Position numbers and translations under genes: made by a program. Positions 51,173 through 60,751 of a stretch of 61,133 bases of DNA are shown here, piece by piece. Each line of letters begins with the position of its first letter. Within the stretch, counting starts at the first letter, position 1. Under the pieces are notes generated by a model that did not search any database, was not told where the DNA came from, and saw only the letters and a list, made by a program, of their open reading frames with translations. Location: positions 1-61,133 of the forward strand of contig DAOWJB010000288.1 of assembly GCA_030640625.1 (NCBI GenBank). Direction: 5' to 3'. This DNA is from Bacteroides sp. Its GTDB lineage: Bacteria; Bacteroidota; Bacteroidia; Bacteroidales; SM23-62.

Positions 51173-53653
51173 ATGAAACTTTTCAAAAAAAGCAATCTGC
51201 TATTCCTGCTCAGCCTGGCGCTTTTGATCCTGGCATTGCTGCTTGTACCGGACCTTCTCTCCGGCAACAATAAATCTTTGCCAGGAGCTTATCCATCACC
51301 ACATACAGGCTGTTTGGCCGGTGGATGTCATACGAAAATTGAGCCCATCAGGGAGCATCATTCACAGATGGCTCAGGAAATTTATGCATCCGGTAAAAAA
51401 AAAGGTGATCCCAATGGTTGTGTAGTCTGCCATTTCGGAGATCCTGCAGCATCGACTGCCAGTGCTGCCCATAAAGGTATTGTTCGCTTTCCCGCCTCCA
51501 TGTGGGTTAATGATAAAACCTGTGGAAAGTGCCATGAAGAATATATTTACACGATGAACCGTAACCTCATGCAAACCGAGGCAGGGAAAATCCAGGGCGC
51601 TGTTTGGGGCTGGGGGGCCCAGACAGGATATAAAAGCATCTATGGTAATTATCAGCTTGACGACCCTGACGGAAAGTCTCCCCTTTTTGGCAATGAGCAA
51701 TACAAATCCTATATGGAAAAGCTGATGACAACCCATCCATATGCATTCCCGGATTCATTGAAAAAATTACCGGAAGTTGATCTGGCTACCCTGCATGAGC
51801 ATCCTGAACAGGCTGTCTTTACATACATCCGCTCCGATTGCCAGCGTTGCCACCTTGGCGTCCGGGGTGCGCAGCGCAGGGGGGATTATCATGGGATGGG
51901 ATGCGCTGCCTGCCATATCCCATATTCAGATGAAGGTTATTACGAGGGACTCGACCCATCTGTACCCCCCGATGCAAAAGGTAAAATGCTGGTCCACTCC
52001 ATCCAGTCCTCCCGTAAAACAAAAATCACAGTTAACGGGATCACCTGGTCAGGCATCCCGGGAGAGATGTGTTCCACCTGCCATAACCGGGGAAAGAGGA
52101 TTGGCGTTTCTTTCCTGGGGATGATAGAATCGGCCTATGATACTCCCTGGCAAAAGAATGGTAATGGACAACCCAAACTGCATGGAAAGAATTATCATTA
52201 CATAAAAGAAGATTTTCACCACAGCAGGAAGAGCAGGGAAGGAAATCCTGAGGGTGGACTCCTATGCCAGGATTGCCATCAGACAACCGATGTACATGGA
52301 AACGGCAACATAGGCGGTACAACTTTCGGGGAAGTAGAGATCGAGTGCGCTGACTGCCACGGTACCCCGTTTGCCTATCCCTGGGAATTGCCGCCTGGTT
52401 TTGGGGATGAATTCGGAATAGAGCCCGGCAGGCAAAGTCGTGGGGTGACCACAGAATTACTTGATCTACAGGAAAGATTTTCAACCGTTTATGAACCGGA
52501 GGATGGTTACCTGCTTACCGCCCGGGGCAATCCTTTGGGCAATGTCGTGCGCCGCAAGGATGCCGTGGTGGTGCATTCGGCAGGGGGACTTGATTTCATT
52601 GTGCCTGTCCTGAAAGAGCTGGCCAAAAAGAAGAGGTGGAAGCATCCTGAAAAAGCAACTACTGCCATGATCGGTGTAATACGCCACATGGAAAAACTGG
52701 AATGCTACAGCTGCCATTCAGGATGGGCAGCACAGTGTTATGGCTGCCATGTAAAAGTGGATTATTCAAGGCAATTCCGTTCGGTGGACTGAGTAAAATC
52801 AGGGAATATCCATGATGCCACCGGAGAGACGGCAGAAACCCGGAGAGACAGATCCGCCGCATATCAGTATGGTAAAATTACAGAAGGCCGTACCTATATA
52901 CGCTGGGAAGACCCGGTCCTCGGAATCAATGGCGAAGGCCGCGTAGGTCCCATAATCCCAGGCTGCCAGCAAATTACTACAGTGATTGACCAGGATGGAA
53001 ATCCCTTAATTACCAATAAAATATGGAGAACACCAGGGGGCATGGAGAACAGCGGTCCCGGTGGACAAAAAGGCATAGATATGGCACCTGCCCAGCCCCA
53101 TACGGTCACCTCCAAAGCACGCGATTGTGTCTCCTGTCATGCCAATCCAAAATCCCTGGGATACGGTCTGGGTGACAACCAGTTCATGCAAGATTATAAC
53201 CATGACCGGTATATGGACATGCAAACTCCCAACAAACAACTTATCAGCCGGAAGTCCATACCTCAATTCCCATCCATCCCTGAATTGGATATGGATCTCT
53301 CACAGGTAGTCAACCGTGATGGCAGGCAGATGCAAACAGTAGGCCATCACTGGGAACTTTCGGGTCCCCTGACCCTTGAACAACGGGAAAAGATGGAACG
53401 TATCGGTGTATGTATATCATGCCATCAGGATATACCGGACGGATCGATGCCCATAAAGGCCATGGTCACAGCAGGAAATATATTTGGCTTGACTCCGGTT
53501 TCAGACACAGATCATTCCTCCTTGCTCAATAATGATATCCGATTTGCGGCCCTGTCCCACCTGGCCGGTCCCATTGCCCTGGCAGCATTGCTTTTGCTAT
53601 TATTCATTATCTTTAAACAGCAAAGAAGGATACGTAGCCTGAATAGCCGCTGA
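51173..53653 (+). CDS. Multihaem c-type cytochrome (11 CXXCH plus 1 CX4CH) with one in-frame TGA at 52790-52792, an N-terminal signal/anchor and a C-terminal TM anchor
   Basis: Track ORFs 51173..52792 (9 CXXCH plus CLAGGCH) and 52982..53653 (CVSCH, CISCH, TM helix, KQQRRIR) share one frame. My translation of 52793..52981 contains no stop codon. The downstream part has no ATG start and no signal peptide of its own. Confidence 0.7.
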
Positions 53654-54117
53654 TGAAGTACCTGGTAACCATAAGCCTGATCTTACTGCTGTCGGGATGT
53701 ATTACATGTAATAAAGATGATTGCATTCAGCCTCCGGATCCATTCAATTTTAAGATCATTGACAAGGACAGCAGGGAGGATCTTGTATTTTCTATAAATG
53801 CAATCTATCATCCGGATAGTATCAGGCTGTTTTATTTCCAGGGTGAGAAAAAAATCGATCTTCCGCTTCAGAAGATAACCACGAAGTATGAATATCATGC
53901 ACTAAGCAACCAGATCCTGCCTTACGTGAGTTCCATAGAGATAATCAAGGACTTTTACCTGCAACTCAACTATCTGGATACAGATACATTACTGATTGAT
54001 GTAAAACAAATAAACTTTGAATGCTGCATGGTCTTCGAATATGCTCAGTCCTATATCAACGGCAGTGTACTGAAGAGAAGTCCGACCGACTACACGGTTT
54101 TCCTGGTAGAAAAATAA
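53653..54117 (+). CDS. Hypothetical small lipoprotein
   Basis: Lipobox LLLSGC. 154 aa. The start codon overlaps the cytochrome stop (TGATG). Confidence 0.6.
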   Translation: MKYLVTISLILLLSGCITCNKDDCIQPPDPFNFKIIDKDSREDLVFSINAIYHPDSIRLFYFQGEKKIDLPLQKITTKYEYHALSNQILPYVSSIEIIKDFYLQLNYLDTDTLLIDVKQINFECCMVFEYAQSYINGSVLKRSPTDYTVFLVEK

Positions 54118-54124
54118 TCCCGGG

Positions 54125-54149
54125 ACCAGTGAAATTTTACCCTGGTTTT
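54125..54149 (+). terminator. Weak intrinsic terminator candidate at the end of the 42-54 kb gene run
   Basis: accag (54125-54129) pairs with ctggt (54142-54146) around a 12-nt loop, followed by TTTT. Confidence 0.3.
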
Positions 54150-54235
54150 AACAAATCCTGACAATCAAAATTGACCCTGTCAGATCTTCGTGATTATAAC
54201 AGGTTTTTTTATCTTTAGAGAAACTATTTAGCAAC

Positions 54236-55396
54236 ATGATAAAAAGAAAAATCAGAATGGGAATGGTGGGCGGAGGCCCGGGTTCCTTTATCGGCAAATT
54301 CCATGTAAAAGCTGCCCAGCTCGACGGTCAGATAGAGCTGGTTTGCGGAGCATTCGACATTGATCCTGCCAACTCTAAATTGCAGGGGGCAGAATATTAT
54401 CTGGATCCTTCACGCGCCTATGATAATTTTCAGGAAATGATATCCAGGGAAAAGGACCTGCCGGAAGACCAGCGCATGGATTTTCTTTCCATTACAACCC
54501 CCAATTATGTCCATTATGAACCAGCCAGGCTAGCCCTGGAAAATGGCTTTCATGTTGTAAGTGACAAGCCGCTAACAAATGACACAGAAGATGCCAGAAA
54601 GCTGGTTAATCTTGTGGAACAGACCGGACTGGTCTTTGCGGTGACCCATGCCTACACCGGTTATCCAATGGTGAAGGAAGCCAGGGAAATCATCAGGTCA
54701 GGCAAGCTCGGAAAAATCAGGAAAGTAGTATCGGAATACCCTCAGGGGTGGCTGTCAGAATCCTTGGAGGATACCGACAATATGCAGGCTGCCTGGAGAT
54801 TGGATCCTGCCAGGTCTGGAAAATCAAATTGCATGGGGGACATCGGCACCCATGCCTTAAACCTTGCCGAATATATCACGGGATTGAAAGTTACCCAGTT
54901 ATGTGCGGATGTCAGTACGCTGGTTGAAGGAAGGAGACTGGATGATGACGGCAATGTACTGGTCCGTTTTGATAATGGTGCCAGGGGCATCATCTATGCC
55001 AGCCAGATCTCGGCAGGTGAAGAAAACGGACTGAAAATCAGGGTGTATGGTGAGAAAGGAGGATTGGAATGGATACAGGTTGAACCCAATACCCTGATCA
55101 TGAAATGGCTGGATAAACCCATGGAATATATCCATCCGGGCAATCCCTGGTGTTCAGACATCGCAAATTATAACACCCGTTTCCCGGCCGGGCATCCTGA
55201 GGGACTCATCGAGGCTTTTGGTAATGTTTACCGCAATGTTGCTACCTGCATTCAGCATCGTCTTGAAGGCCAGGAACCCCCTGCCGAAGCACTGGATTTC
55301 CCTACAGTTCAGGATGGATTGAGAGGCATGCTGTTCATCGACTCTGTGCTTGAATCAAGTGGTAGCGAATACAAGTGGTTGGATTTCCTGAATTAA
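54236..55396 (+). CDS. Gfo/Idh/MocA family oxidoreductase
   Basis: N-terminal Rossmann motif [15 protein letters not shown] and an [10 protein letters not shown] block. 386 aa. Confidence 0.8.
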   Translation: MIKRKIRMGMVGGGPGSFIGKFHVKAAQLDGQIELVCGAFDIDPANSKLQGAEYYLDPSRAYDNFQEMISREKDLPEDQRMDFLSITTPNYVHYEPARLALENGFHVVSDKPLTNDTEDARKLVNLVEQTGLVFAVTHAYTGYPMVKEAREIIRSGKLGKIRKVVSEYPQGWLSESLEDTDNMQAAWRLDPARSGKSNCMGDIGTHALNLAEYITGLKVTQLCADVSTLVEGRRLDDDGNVLVRFDNGARGIIYASQISAGEENGLKIRVYGEKGGLEWIQVEPNTLIMKWLDKPMEYIHPGNPWCSDIANYNTRFPAGHPEGLIEAFGNVYRNVATCIQHRLEGQEPPAEALDFPTVQDGLRGMLFIDSVLESSGSEYKWLDFLN

Positions 55397-55412
55397 ATCA
55401 ACTCAAATAATT

Positions 55413-56408
55413 ATGTCAAGACCCGTAACATTATTTACCGGACAATGGGCTGACCTCCCATTGGAAACCATGTGTGAAAAAGCCAGATCATTCAGTTATG
55501 ACGGCCTTGAACTGGCCTGCTGGGGAGATCATTTTGAGGTGGATAAAGCCGATGAGGCCTATTGTGAAAACAAACGTTCACTGCTGAAAAAATATGATCT
55601 GGACCTGTATTCCATCTCTACCCACCTGGTCGGCCAGGCCGTCTGCGACAATATTGATGAGCGACATCAATCCATCCTGCCGGATTATATCTGGGGAGAT
55701 GGCGAACCCGAAAGAGTACGACAGAGAGCTGCAGAGGAGATGAAAAAAACAGCAGCTGCGGCCAGCCGGCTGGGCGTACAGGTCGTAAATGGTTTCACAG
55801 GCAGTTCTATCTGGCATTTGTTATATGCCTTCCCTCCAGTTTCCGCAGAGATGATCGACAGGGGATACGAGGATTTTGCTGCCCGGTGGATCCCCATCCT
55901 GGATGAATTTGAAAAACAGGGCGTTCGTTTTGGACTGGAAGTGCATCCAACTGAAATCGCCTTTGATATTGCTTCAGCCGAAAGGGCCCTTGAGGCAGTG
56001 GATCATCATCCTGCTTTCGGATTCAATTACGATCCCAGCCATTTTGGCTACCAGGGGGTTGACTATGTTGAGTTCATTTACCGTTTCAGCGAAAAGATCT
56101 TCCATGTCCATATCAAGGATGCCAAATGGTCAGACATTCCAAAGGAAGCCGGGGTATTCGGCGGACATACCAGCTTTGGTGACAGGAGAAGATACTGGGA
56201 TTTTACCAGTCCGGGTCGTGGTGACACCAACTTTGAGGAGATCATCAGGGCATTGAATCGCATCAATTATAACGGTCCGCTTTCCGTGGAATGGGAAGAT
56301 CCGGGGATGGACCGGGAACATGGTGCCATGGAGGCCTGCGAGTTTGTCAGGGACATGGATTTCAAACCTGCTGCCCAGGCATTTGATGATGCCTTCCAGA
56401 AGGACTAA
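55413..56408 (+). CDS. Sugar phosphate isomerase/epimerase (xylose-isomerase-like TIM barrel)
   Basis: 331 aa. LEVHPTE, YDPSHF and HVHIKDA metal-ligand contexts typical of the AP-endonuclease-2/TIM-barrel family. Pairing with a Gfo/Idh/MocA gene is common. Confidence 0.75.
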   Translation: MSRPVTLFTGQWADLPLETMCEKARSFSYDGLELACWGDHFEVDKADEAYCENKRSLLKKYDLDLYSISTHLVGQAVCDNIDERHQSILPDYIWGDGEPERVRQRAAEEMKKTAAAASRLGVQVVNGFTGSSIWHLLYAFPPVSAEMIDRGYEDFAARWIPILDEFEKQGVRFGLEVHPTEIAFDIASAERALEAVDHHPAFGFNYDPSHFGYQGVDYVEFIYRFSEKIFHVHIKDAKWSDIPKEAGVFGGHTSFGDRRRYWDFTSPGRGDTNFEEIIRALNRINYNGPLSVEWEDPGMDREHGAMEACEFVRDMDFKPAAQAFDDAFQKD

Positions 56409-56415
56409 ATGTATT

Positions 56416-58779
56416 TCATTCGTACCTTAAACTATCCACAGGATTCTTCCGGGTGATCTTCAGGATATGATAGCTGATGGTTATCAGCGCAATGGCAAGG
56501 ACCAGAAAAATAGACAGGACGATCAATATCCAGGCATTCTGTATATGGTAATAAAAACGCTGAAGCCAGTCATTAACGGCAAACCAGGCTATTGGAGTGC
56601 TTATTAGTGCGGAGATAAGGATCCACTTTGTGATACCTCCTCCAAGGAAGAAAAATATATTCGCCGGACTGCCACCCATGGCTTTTCGTATACCTATTTC
56701 CTTGGTCTTCCTTATCGTCGTATAAGTAGTCAGGGCAAATAAGCCAAAAATCCCTATAAGAATGGCAAGCAAGGCTCCACCTGAAAAAAGCATGGCATTC
56801 ATGTCTTCATCGAGGTACATCATATCATACAATTTGCCCATGGGAAACATGATGAAGTCATGCCCCGGAATATGTACACCCAGGAGGGAATCGACTTTTT
56901 GGATCAATCCTTTCACGGTATCTGATTCCGCACGAAGGGTGATATACCTGTATGGCTGGAAGTATCTGCTGATTACAAGTGGCTCTATCTTATCACGCCA
57001 TGACCTGAAATGAAAATCCTCTACTACCCCAATAACTGTATCCCTGTGGTTCCAGACATGTATCACCGATCCGACAGGATCTGTAAGTCCCAGGGCTTCA
57101 CAAGCACTCTCATTAAGGATAAAGTTCCCTGTATCGTTCACCCCCTTACCGGTGAAAAACTCACCGTCTGCCAATTGAAACCGGTAAGTTTCAGGATAGT
57201 TTTGCCTGACCCTGTTTTCGGTAATCAAAATGGCATTGTCCATTACATCCCCTTCGACCCAGACGTTTTGCACAACCTGGATTTCCCCCGGGATACCAAC
57301 CGAAGCAGAAACTGATACTACTCCAGTCAAAGATGAAATGTCATCGGACAACTGGGTAAAATCCTGCCTGATATCCCCGAACGGTTCGTAAAACACATAT
57401 AGATTGTCTCTCTCAAAACCAGAATCTCCCTGTTTCATAAACCTGGTCTGGAAGATCAGTACGCTCAGTACGGAAAAAAGGAATATCATGATGCCAAACT
57501 GCAGGATAACCAGGATAATTTTCAAACTGTCCTTACGCAAGGGAACATGGAGGCCGGAGATCATCTGTACCGGAGCGAACCGTGTAATAGACAGATAATG
57601 TATCCATCCTGTCAATAAACCCGATATGACGGCCATAAGAATAAATAATATAAACAATCCAGCCATTTTATAAAATGACAGTGTAATGGGTGTATCCACA
57701 ATACGGGAAAACGGCCTCAGATTTATCTCTAGTAACACGATGGCGATAAAAGCAGCAAATAAACCAACTAAAACCGATTCACTGATTAACTGGCTCATTA
57801 GCTGGCGTTTTTGAGCTCCCAGGACGATTCGCATGCCGATATCCCTGATCCGGATATTATTATTGGCAGTAAGCAGGTTTATAAAGTTTGACAGGGTAAT
57901 CAGTAAAATAAATACGGCCAGAGAAAACAGAATGACCAGGTCATTTATAGATCCCGGTCTGCTTAAGGTAAGGGTAAAATCGGTTGATCTGAGATGGATA
58001 TCCGAGAGTTTTTGCAGGCCCGATTCCAGGGATATCCCTGATTCTTTGTATTGTTCTCTATGGATTTCCTGAATTTTATTAATCAGTTTCGACAGGTATT
58101 CTTCATTCACTCCGGGATCCACTTTTAGATATACCGGAAAATCCAGGCTCCTTTCTCTGACATCATATTTTGCCTCGAAGGTTGCGAAGGAAATCAACAT
58201 ATCAAATTGAAGATGGGAATTAACGGGGACATCCTCCATCACTCCCATCACCTTATGGAAATCATTTTGTATTTCAATTTTCTTGTTAAGCGGATCTGCA
58301 TCCATAAAATAATCCTTTGCCATGCTCTCTGAGAGTACCACGGCATAAGGCTCATTCAGTATGGCTTCCGGATTACCTGACAATAATTTGAACCCGAAAA
58401 CTTTAAAAAAGGAAGAATCTGCATAATAAAAATTGATTTCGTCCTGCCAGCGGTTCCTGAATTTTTTGCCCAGTTGATCGTTAAATACCCTGCAGGTAAT
58501 GAGATCTGAAAATTCTGATTTGTTGATTTCATCCGGTATCCATCCCAGGCATGTCGGAACATTGAGGATCTGTCCATCACGACTCTCCACCCTCGTGGTG
58601 ATCCTGAATACCTGGTCCATGTCCGGGTGAAACCGGTCATAACTCATTTCAAATTTCACCAGCAGGAACAGTAAGACAGAAGTGCTCATCCCGACCGCAA
58701 GTCCAATAATATTGAGAAGTGAAAAAAACTTGAAATGCAGGAGGCTTCTGTAAGCAATCTTGATATGACTACTCAGCAT
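56416..58779 (-). CDS. ABC transporter permease, FtsX/MacB-like with duplicated 4-TM modules
   Basis: 787 aa. N-terminal TM helix, large periplasmic domain, FtsX-type TM bundle, a second periplasmic domain and a second TM bundle (IGIRKAMGGSPANI). There is no adjacent ATPase gene. Confidence 0.8.
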   Translation of the reverse strand: MLSSHIKIAYRSLLHFKFFSLLNIIGLAVGMSTSVLLFLLVKFEMSYDRFHPDMDQVFRITTRVESRDGQILNVPTCLGWIPDEINKSEFSDLITCRVFNDQLGKKFRNRWQDEINFYYADSSFFKVFGFKLLSGNPEAILNEPYAVVLSESMAKDYFMDADPLNKKIEIQNDFHKVMGVMEDVPVNSHLQFDMLISFATFEAKYDVRERSLDFPVYLKVDPGVNEEYLSKLINKIQEIHREQYKESGISLESGLQKLSDIHLRSTDFTLTLSRPGSINDLVILFSLAVFILLITLSNFINLLTANNNIRIRDIGMRIVLGAQKRQLMSQLISESVLVGLFAAFIAIVLLEINLRPFSRIVDTPITLSFYKMAGLFILFILMAVISGLLTGWIHYLSITRFAPVQMISGLHVPLRKDSLKIILVILQFGIMIFLFSVLSVLIFQTRFMKQGDSGFERDNLYVFYEPFGDIRQDFTQLSDDISSLTGVVSVSASVGIPGEIQVVQNVWVEGDVMDNAILITENRVRQNYPETYRFQLADGEFFTGKGVNDTGNFILNESACEALGLTDPVGSVIHVWNHRDTVIGVVEDFHFRSWRDKIEPLVISRYFQPYRYITLRAESDTVKGLIQKVDSLLGVHIPGHDFIMFPMGKLYDMMYLDEDMNAMLFSGGALLAILIGIFGLFALTTYTTIRKTKEIGIRKAMGGSPANIFFFLGGGITKWILISALISTPIAWFAVNDWLQRFYYHIQNAWILIVLSIFLVLAIALITISYHILKITRKNPVDSLRYE

Positions 58780-58878
58780 GAAATAACCCTAAATACTCTT
58801 GTCCCAAAGATATGACGGGAATACGGTCTTTCCAAGATATCGTATATTTACATCTAACCAGCAAAGAAACCTTCTGAT

Positions 58879-59664
58879 ATGGTGAAAGCCTTTTATACAA
58901 TAACACTGATATTAATCCCCATGATTCTCCAATCACAATCAACCATGATCATTGCACACAGGGGTGCATCCTACGATGCTCCGGAAAATACCCTTGCTTC
59001 TGTAAACCTGGCCTGGGAAAGAGGGGCAGATGCTGCAGAAATTGATGTTCATCTTTCAAAAGACAATCGCATCATGGTTATCCATGACAAGGATACCAAA
59101 AGAACAACCGGGATCAAGATGATTATCAGAGAGCAAAAGGCATCAGAATTACGTACCCTTGATGCAGGTTTCTCTAGTGATCAATACAAGGGAGAAAAAA
59201 TCCCCTTTCTTGAAGAGGTGATGGCCACTATTCCACAAGGCAAAATCCTGTTTATCGAGGTGAAAACAGACACGGTCATTATACCATACCTGACGAAAGA
59301 ATTGAGGGCCTCCGCTAGAAAATCACAGATAGCAGTAATCAGTTTTGATTTCGATGTATGTTTGAGAATGAAAAAGGAGATCCCTGCCATTCCTGTTTAC
59401 TGGTTGCATTACAGCCTGGCAGGAGCATACCAGACCAATTGGATCTCCAGGGCAAAAGAGGCGGGACTGGATGGCCTGAACTTTCGCTACAAGGGAATTA
59501 GCAAAGAATATATAGATGCGGTCCACCAGGCTGGTTTGAAGATGTTTGCCTGGACCGTTGACGAGCCTGAAGATGCGGGGAGACTGATCAAATATGGCAT
59601 TGATGGCATCACGACCAACCGGCCGGCCTGGCTGATGGATCAACTTAGGATCCGGGAGTTATAA
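58879..59664 (+). CDS. Glycerophosphodiester phosphodiesterase family protein
   Basis: Signal peptide. IIAHRGASYDAPENT, EIDVHLSKDNRIMVIHD and GITTNRP motifs. Confidence 0.85.
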   Translation: MVKAFYTITLILIPMILQSQSTMIIAHRGASYDAPENTLASVNLAWERGADAAEIDVHLSKDNRIMVIHDKDTKRTTGIKMIIREQKASELRTLDAGFSSDQYKGEKIPFLEEVMATIPQGKILFIEVKTDTVIIPYLTKELRASARKSQIAVISFDFDVCLRMKKEIPAIPVYWLHYSLAGAYQTNWISRAKEAGLDGLNFRYKGISKEYIDAVHQAGLKMFAWTVDEPEDAGRLIKYGIDGITTNRPAWLMDQLRIREL

Positions 59665-59689
59665 TCCCTGATGGTCTTACCGTAAGGGC

Positions 59690-59977
59690 CTATTTGGGTT
59701 TCAGGTATCCAAAGATGGCCTTTACATAGGCAGCAAATCTTTCCTGCCCCAATGTCGTAATGTTACAAGTCGTTTGGGGGTAATTACCCTTGAATTTCTT
59801 TTTCACCTCAATATAACCGGCTTCTTTCAGTTTGGTGATCTGGACGCTCAGGTTGCCCGAAGTCGCTCCCGTCTCTTTCTTCAGGTAGGCAAAGTCAGCT
59901 TTTTCCACACTTACCAGTATAGAGACCACAGCCAGCCTCAGCTGGGAATGCAGTACCGGATCCAGGTCCTTATACAT
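59690..59977 (-). CDS. Small winged-helix transcriptional regulator (HTH_34-like)
   Basis: 95 aa. LDPVLHSQLRLAVVSILVSVEKADFAYLKKETGATSGNLSVQITKLKEAGYIEVKK pattern. Confidence 0.75.
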   Translation of the reverse strand: MYKDLDPVLHSQLRLAVVSILVSVEKADFAYLKKETGATSGNLSVQITKLKEAGYIEVKKKFKGNYPQTTCNITTLGQERFAAYVKAIFGYLKPK

Positions 59978-60575
59978 CGTTTCCGCTATTAGAAGTCCTG
60001 AGGATATATCCGGGAATAAGATAACCTAGTACCATGGCAACTGCAAAAGCCAGTAATTGTTCTGTTCCGCTAAGGTAACTGGATACAACCGCAGCTGTAA
60101 GGAAAACAATCGCGCCTATCACAAGCGGACGAAAACGAACCATCAGTCCGGATACAGCCGTCGCCATAGCCGTTACCCCCAGGATAAAAGGTGTTGGGAA
60201 AGCATTGACCTTCAGGGAAAGGAATGCCATCAATCCCATGAGTAAACCAGCAGCAATCCAGACGATCTTGATATACCTGTCCAGGTGGGTGATCACCCTT
60301 TCCTTTTTGCCTGAACGTGCCTGATATATGAATTGTATGATCATGGCAGCAACTATAAATACCCCCCAGGCAAGCAGGCTCATCAGCATGATATCCTCGT
60401 ATTGCTCTTTCCCGATTAAATACCGGATCAGGAAATAATTGGCCAGGCTGGCCAGGATCAGGGCCCAGCCCCAGAGCAAAAAGTAGAAGCTTCCTTCACG
60501 CATGTTCCTTCGTGAATTTGATATTGATTTCTGTATGATCTGAAGACTTTCTTCAGGTGTTAATGTCTTTTCCAT
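59970..60575 (-). CDS. Hypothetical membrane protein, co-operonic with the winged-helix regulator
   Basis: 201 aa with four or five predicted TM helices. 8-nt overlap with the downstream regulator gene. Confidence 0.65.
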   Translation of the reverse strand: MEKTLTPEESLQIIQKSISNSRRNMREGSFYFLLWGWALILASLANYFLIRYLIGKEQYEDIMLMSLLAWGVFIVAAMIIQFIYQARSGKKERVITHLDRYIKIVWIAAGLLMGLMAFLSLKVNAFPTPFILGVTAMATAVSGLMVRFRPLVIGAIVFLTAAVVSSYLSGTEQLLAFAVAMVLGYLIPGYILRTSNSGNDV

Positions 60576-60601
60576 TGGTTTTATATTTAATAAACATGGT
60601 A

Positions 60602-60609
60602 CAAATATA
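60602..60609 (-). promoter_or_regulatory. Candidate -7 box (TAnnTTTG) for the membrane protein/regulator operon
   Basis: On the minus strand, tatatttg lies 26 nt upstream of the ATG (60575). It overlaps the right arm of an 8-bp inverted repeat. Confidence 0.4.
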
Positions 60610-60751
60610 AAGTAGTTTATTTTATAAACCTAATATTTTGGTAAAAACCCATGAAAAAATCAACCTGCCTTCTTGTCTGAGAACCTAAGAATTTGATTAC
60701 CTGGAGATTTGGTGATCAGAATAGATCAGGGACAATCTGTAATTGGGCTTA

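Noticed and set aside
52790-52860. SECIS-like stem-loop immediately downstream of the in-frame TGA in the cytochrome gene.
   Set aside because: I found only short stems: GGA/UCC at 52803-52810, CGGA/UCCG, and a mismatched GGCAGA/UCCGCC helix starting 38 nt after the UGA. None resembles the canonical hairpin at the expected distance. Selenocysteine therefore remains unproven rather than supported.
51173-53653. Genome-wide reassignment of TGA (for example to Trp or Gly) as the explanation for the internal stop.
   Set aside because: Several well-defined genes in the window terminate with TGA at the expected protein ends: gatA, the 263-aa protein, the sensor phosphatase and the radical SAM enzyme.
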